Positions 63,874 through 64,000 of a DNA stretch of 64,000 bases are shown here, piece after piece. The notes under the pieces were generated by a model, which was not told the DNA's origin, ran no database searches, and saw only the letters and a program-made list of their open reading frames with translations. The stretch is taken from positions 192,736 to 256,735 of the forward strand of contig JBEKEZ010000002.1 in assembly GCA_050013575.1 (NCBI GenBank). Reading direction: 5' to 3'. The position numbers and the translations under genes are program-made. How positions within the stretch are numbered: position 1 is the stretch's first letter; each line of letters opens with the position of its first letter. The DNA comes from Terriglobia bacterium. GTDB lineage: Bacteria > Acidobacteriota > Terriglobia > UBA7540.

Positions 63874-64000
63874 TCAAATGCCGTAACCTCCCAGCCCATA
63901 GGGGATCACCCCGTAGCCGCCCAGGAGCGTAATCAAACCGGCCGAGAAGCTGGACAGGAAAATGCCGAACGCTGGAATCTGCAGCACGTAGAGCGGCTGC
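63874..64000 (-). CDS. 3' end of an upstream co-oriented gene (partial)
   Basis: Own translation gives ...QPLYVLQIPAFGIFLSSFSAGLITLLGGYGVIPYGLGGYGI* with the stop at 63876-63874. The tail is hydrophobic and Gly-rich. The 5' part lies outside the window. Confidence 0.35.
   Translation of the reverse strand, partial: QPLYVLQIPAFGIFLSSFSAGLITLLGGYGVIPYGLGGYGI

Noticed and set aside
54731-64000. Calling the region a prophage outright.
   Set aside because: No integrase, att-type direct repeats, tRNA target, capsid, terminase, portal or lysis genes are visible in the window. The 1061-aa fibre-like protein has a secretion-type leader. It is described as tail-like only.
1-64000. A search by eye of all intergenic regions for rRNA, tRNA, riboswitch and IS elements.
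   Set aside because: No cloverleaf-compatible segment, rRNA-like stretch, transposase ORF or terminal inverted repeat pair was recognised. A covariance-model scan with tRNAscan-SE and Rfam would be needed to exclude small RNAs.

Overview
High-GC (roughly 60%) bacterial chromosomal segment. The gene content suggests an Acidobacteriota-like soil bacterium: Tat-signal xylose-isomerase-fold enzyme, a CarboxypepD_reg relic, a Trp/Gly-rich FecR-type protein and large EPS machinery. That taxonomic call is inference only. Layout: (1) 1-2.2 kb holds the 5' end of a secreted protein gene and lysS with a near-consensus promoter. (2) 2.3-35.2 kb is one ~33-kb, entirely minus-strand Wzx/Wzy-type polysaccharide locus. 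Its gene order in the direction of transcription is: UpxY/NusG-like antiterminator, wza, wzc, TPR protein, O-antigen-ligase-family protein, aminotransferase, a CDP-glucose-derived branched deoxysugar pathway with two TylC3-like C-methyltransferases and a CmcI-like methyltransferase, wzx, GT2, gmhA, GT9, Wzy-like protein, truncated epimerase, GT4, GNAT/ACP/KAS-III acylation module, then PglE/PglC/PglF-like genes. The locus also carries three decayed gene relics and one inserted beta-helix, tail-fibre-like gene. (3) 35.6-54.4 kb is mixed housekeeping: a FecR-like W/G-rich protein with a long Gly/Ser tail, a Memo-like protein, a methylmalonyl-CoA-mutase catalytic subunit, a beta-CASP MBL hydrolase, an HD protein, a serine hydrolase, a TIM-barrel isomerase, two FtsX-type permeases, vapBC, pdhABC and a PilZ protein. 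(4) 54.7-64.0 kb is a minus-strand cluster of four complete hypothetical genes (1061, 220, 167 and about 1485 aa) plus the 3' end of a fifth at the window edge, with phage tail-fibre/tail-hub-like sequence features. Two cross-cutting observations stand out. First, the 1061-aa protein and the beta-helix gene inside the EPS locus, 48 kb apart, share both an N-terminal leader and a 97-aa C-terminal module. Second, at least ten loci carry arrays of strictly 7-nt-phased repeats, mostly arranged as inverted arms at gene ends and twice inside the coding leaders of those two proteins. No rRNA, tRNA, CRISPR array, transposase or integrase was recognised. All family assignments come from motif recognition by eye, not from database searches.
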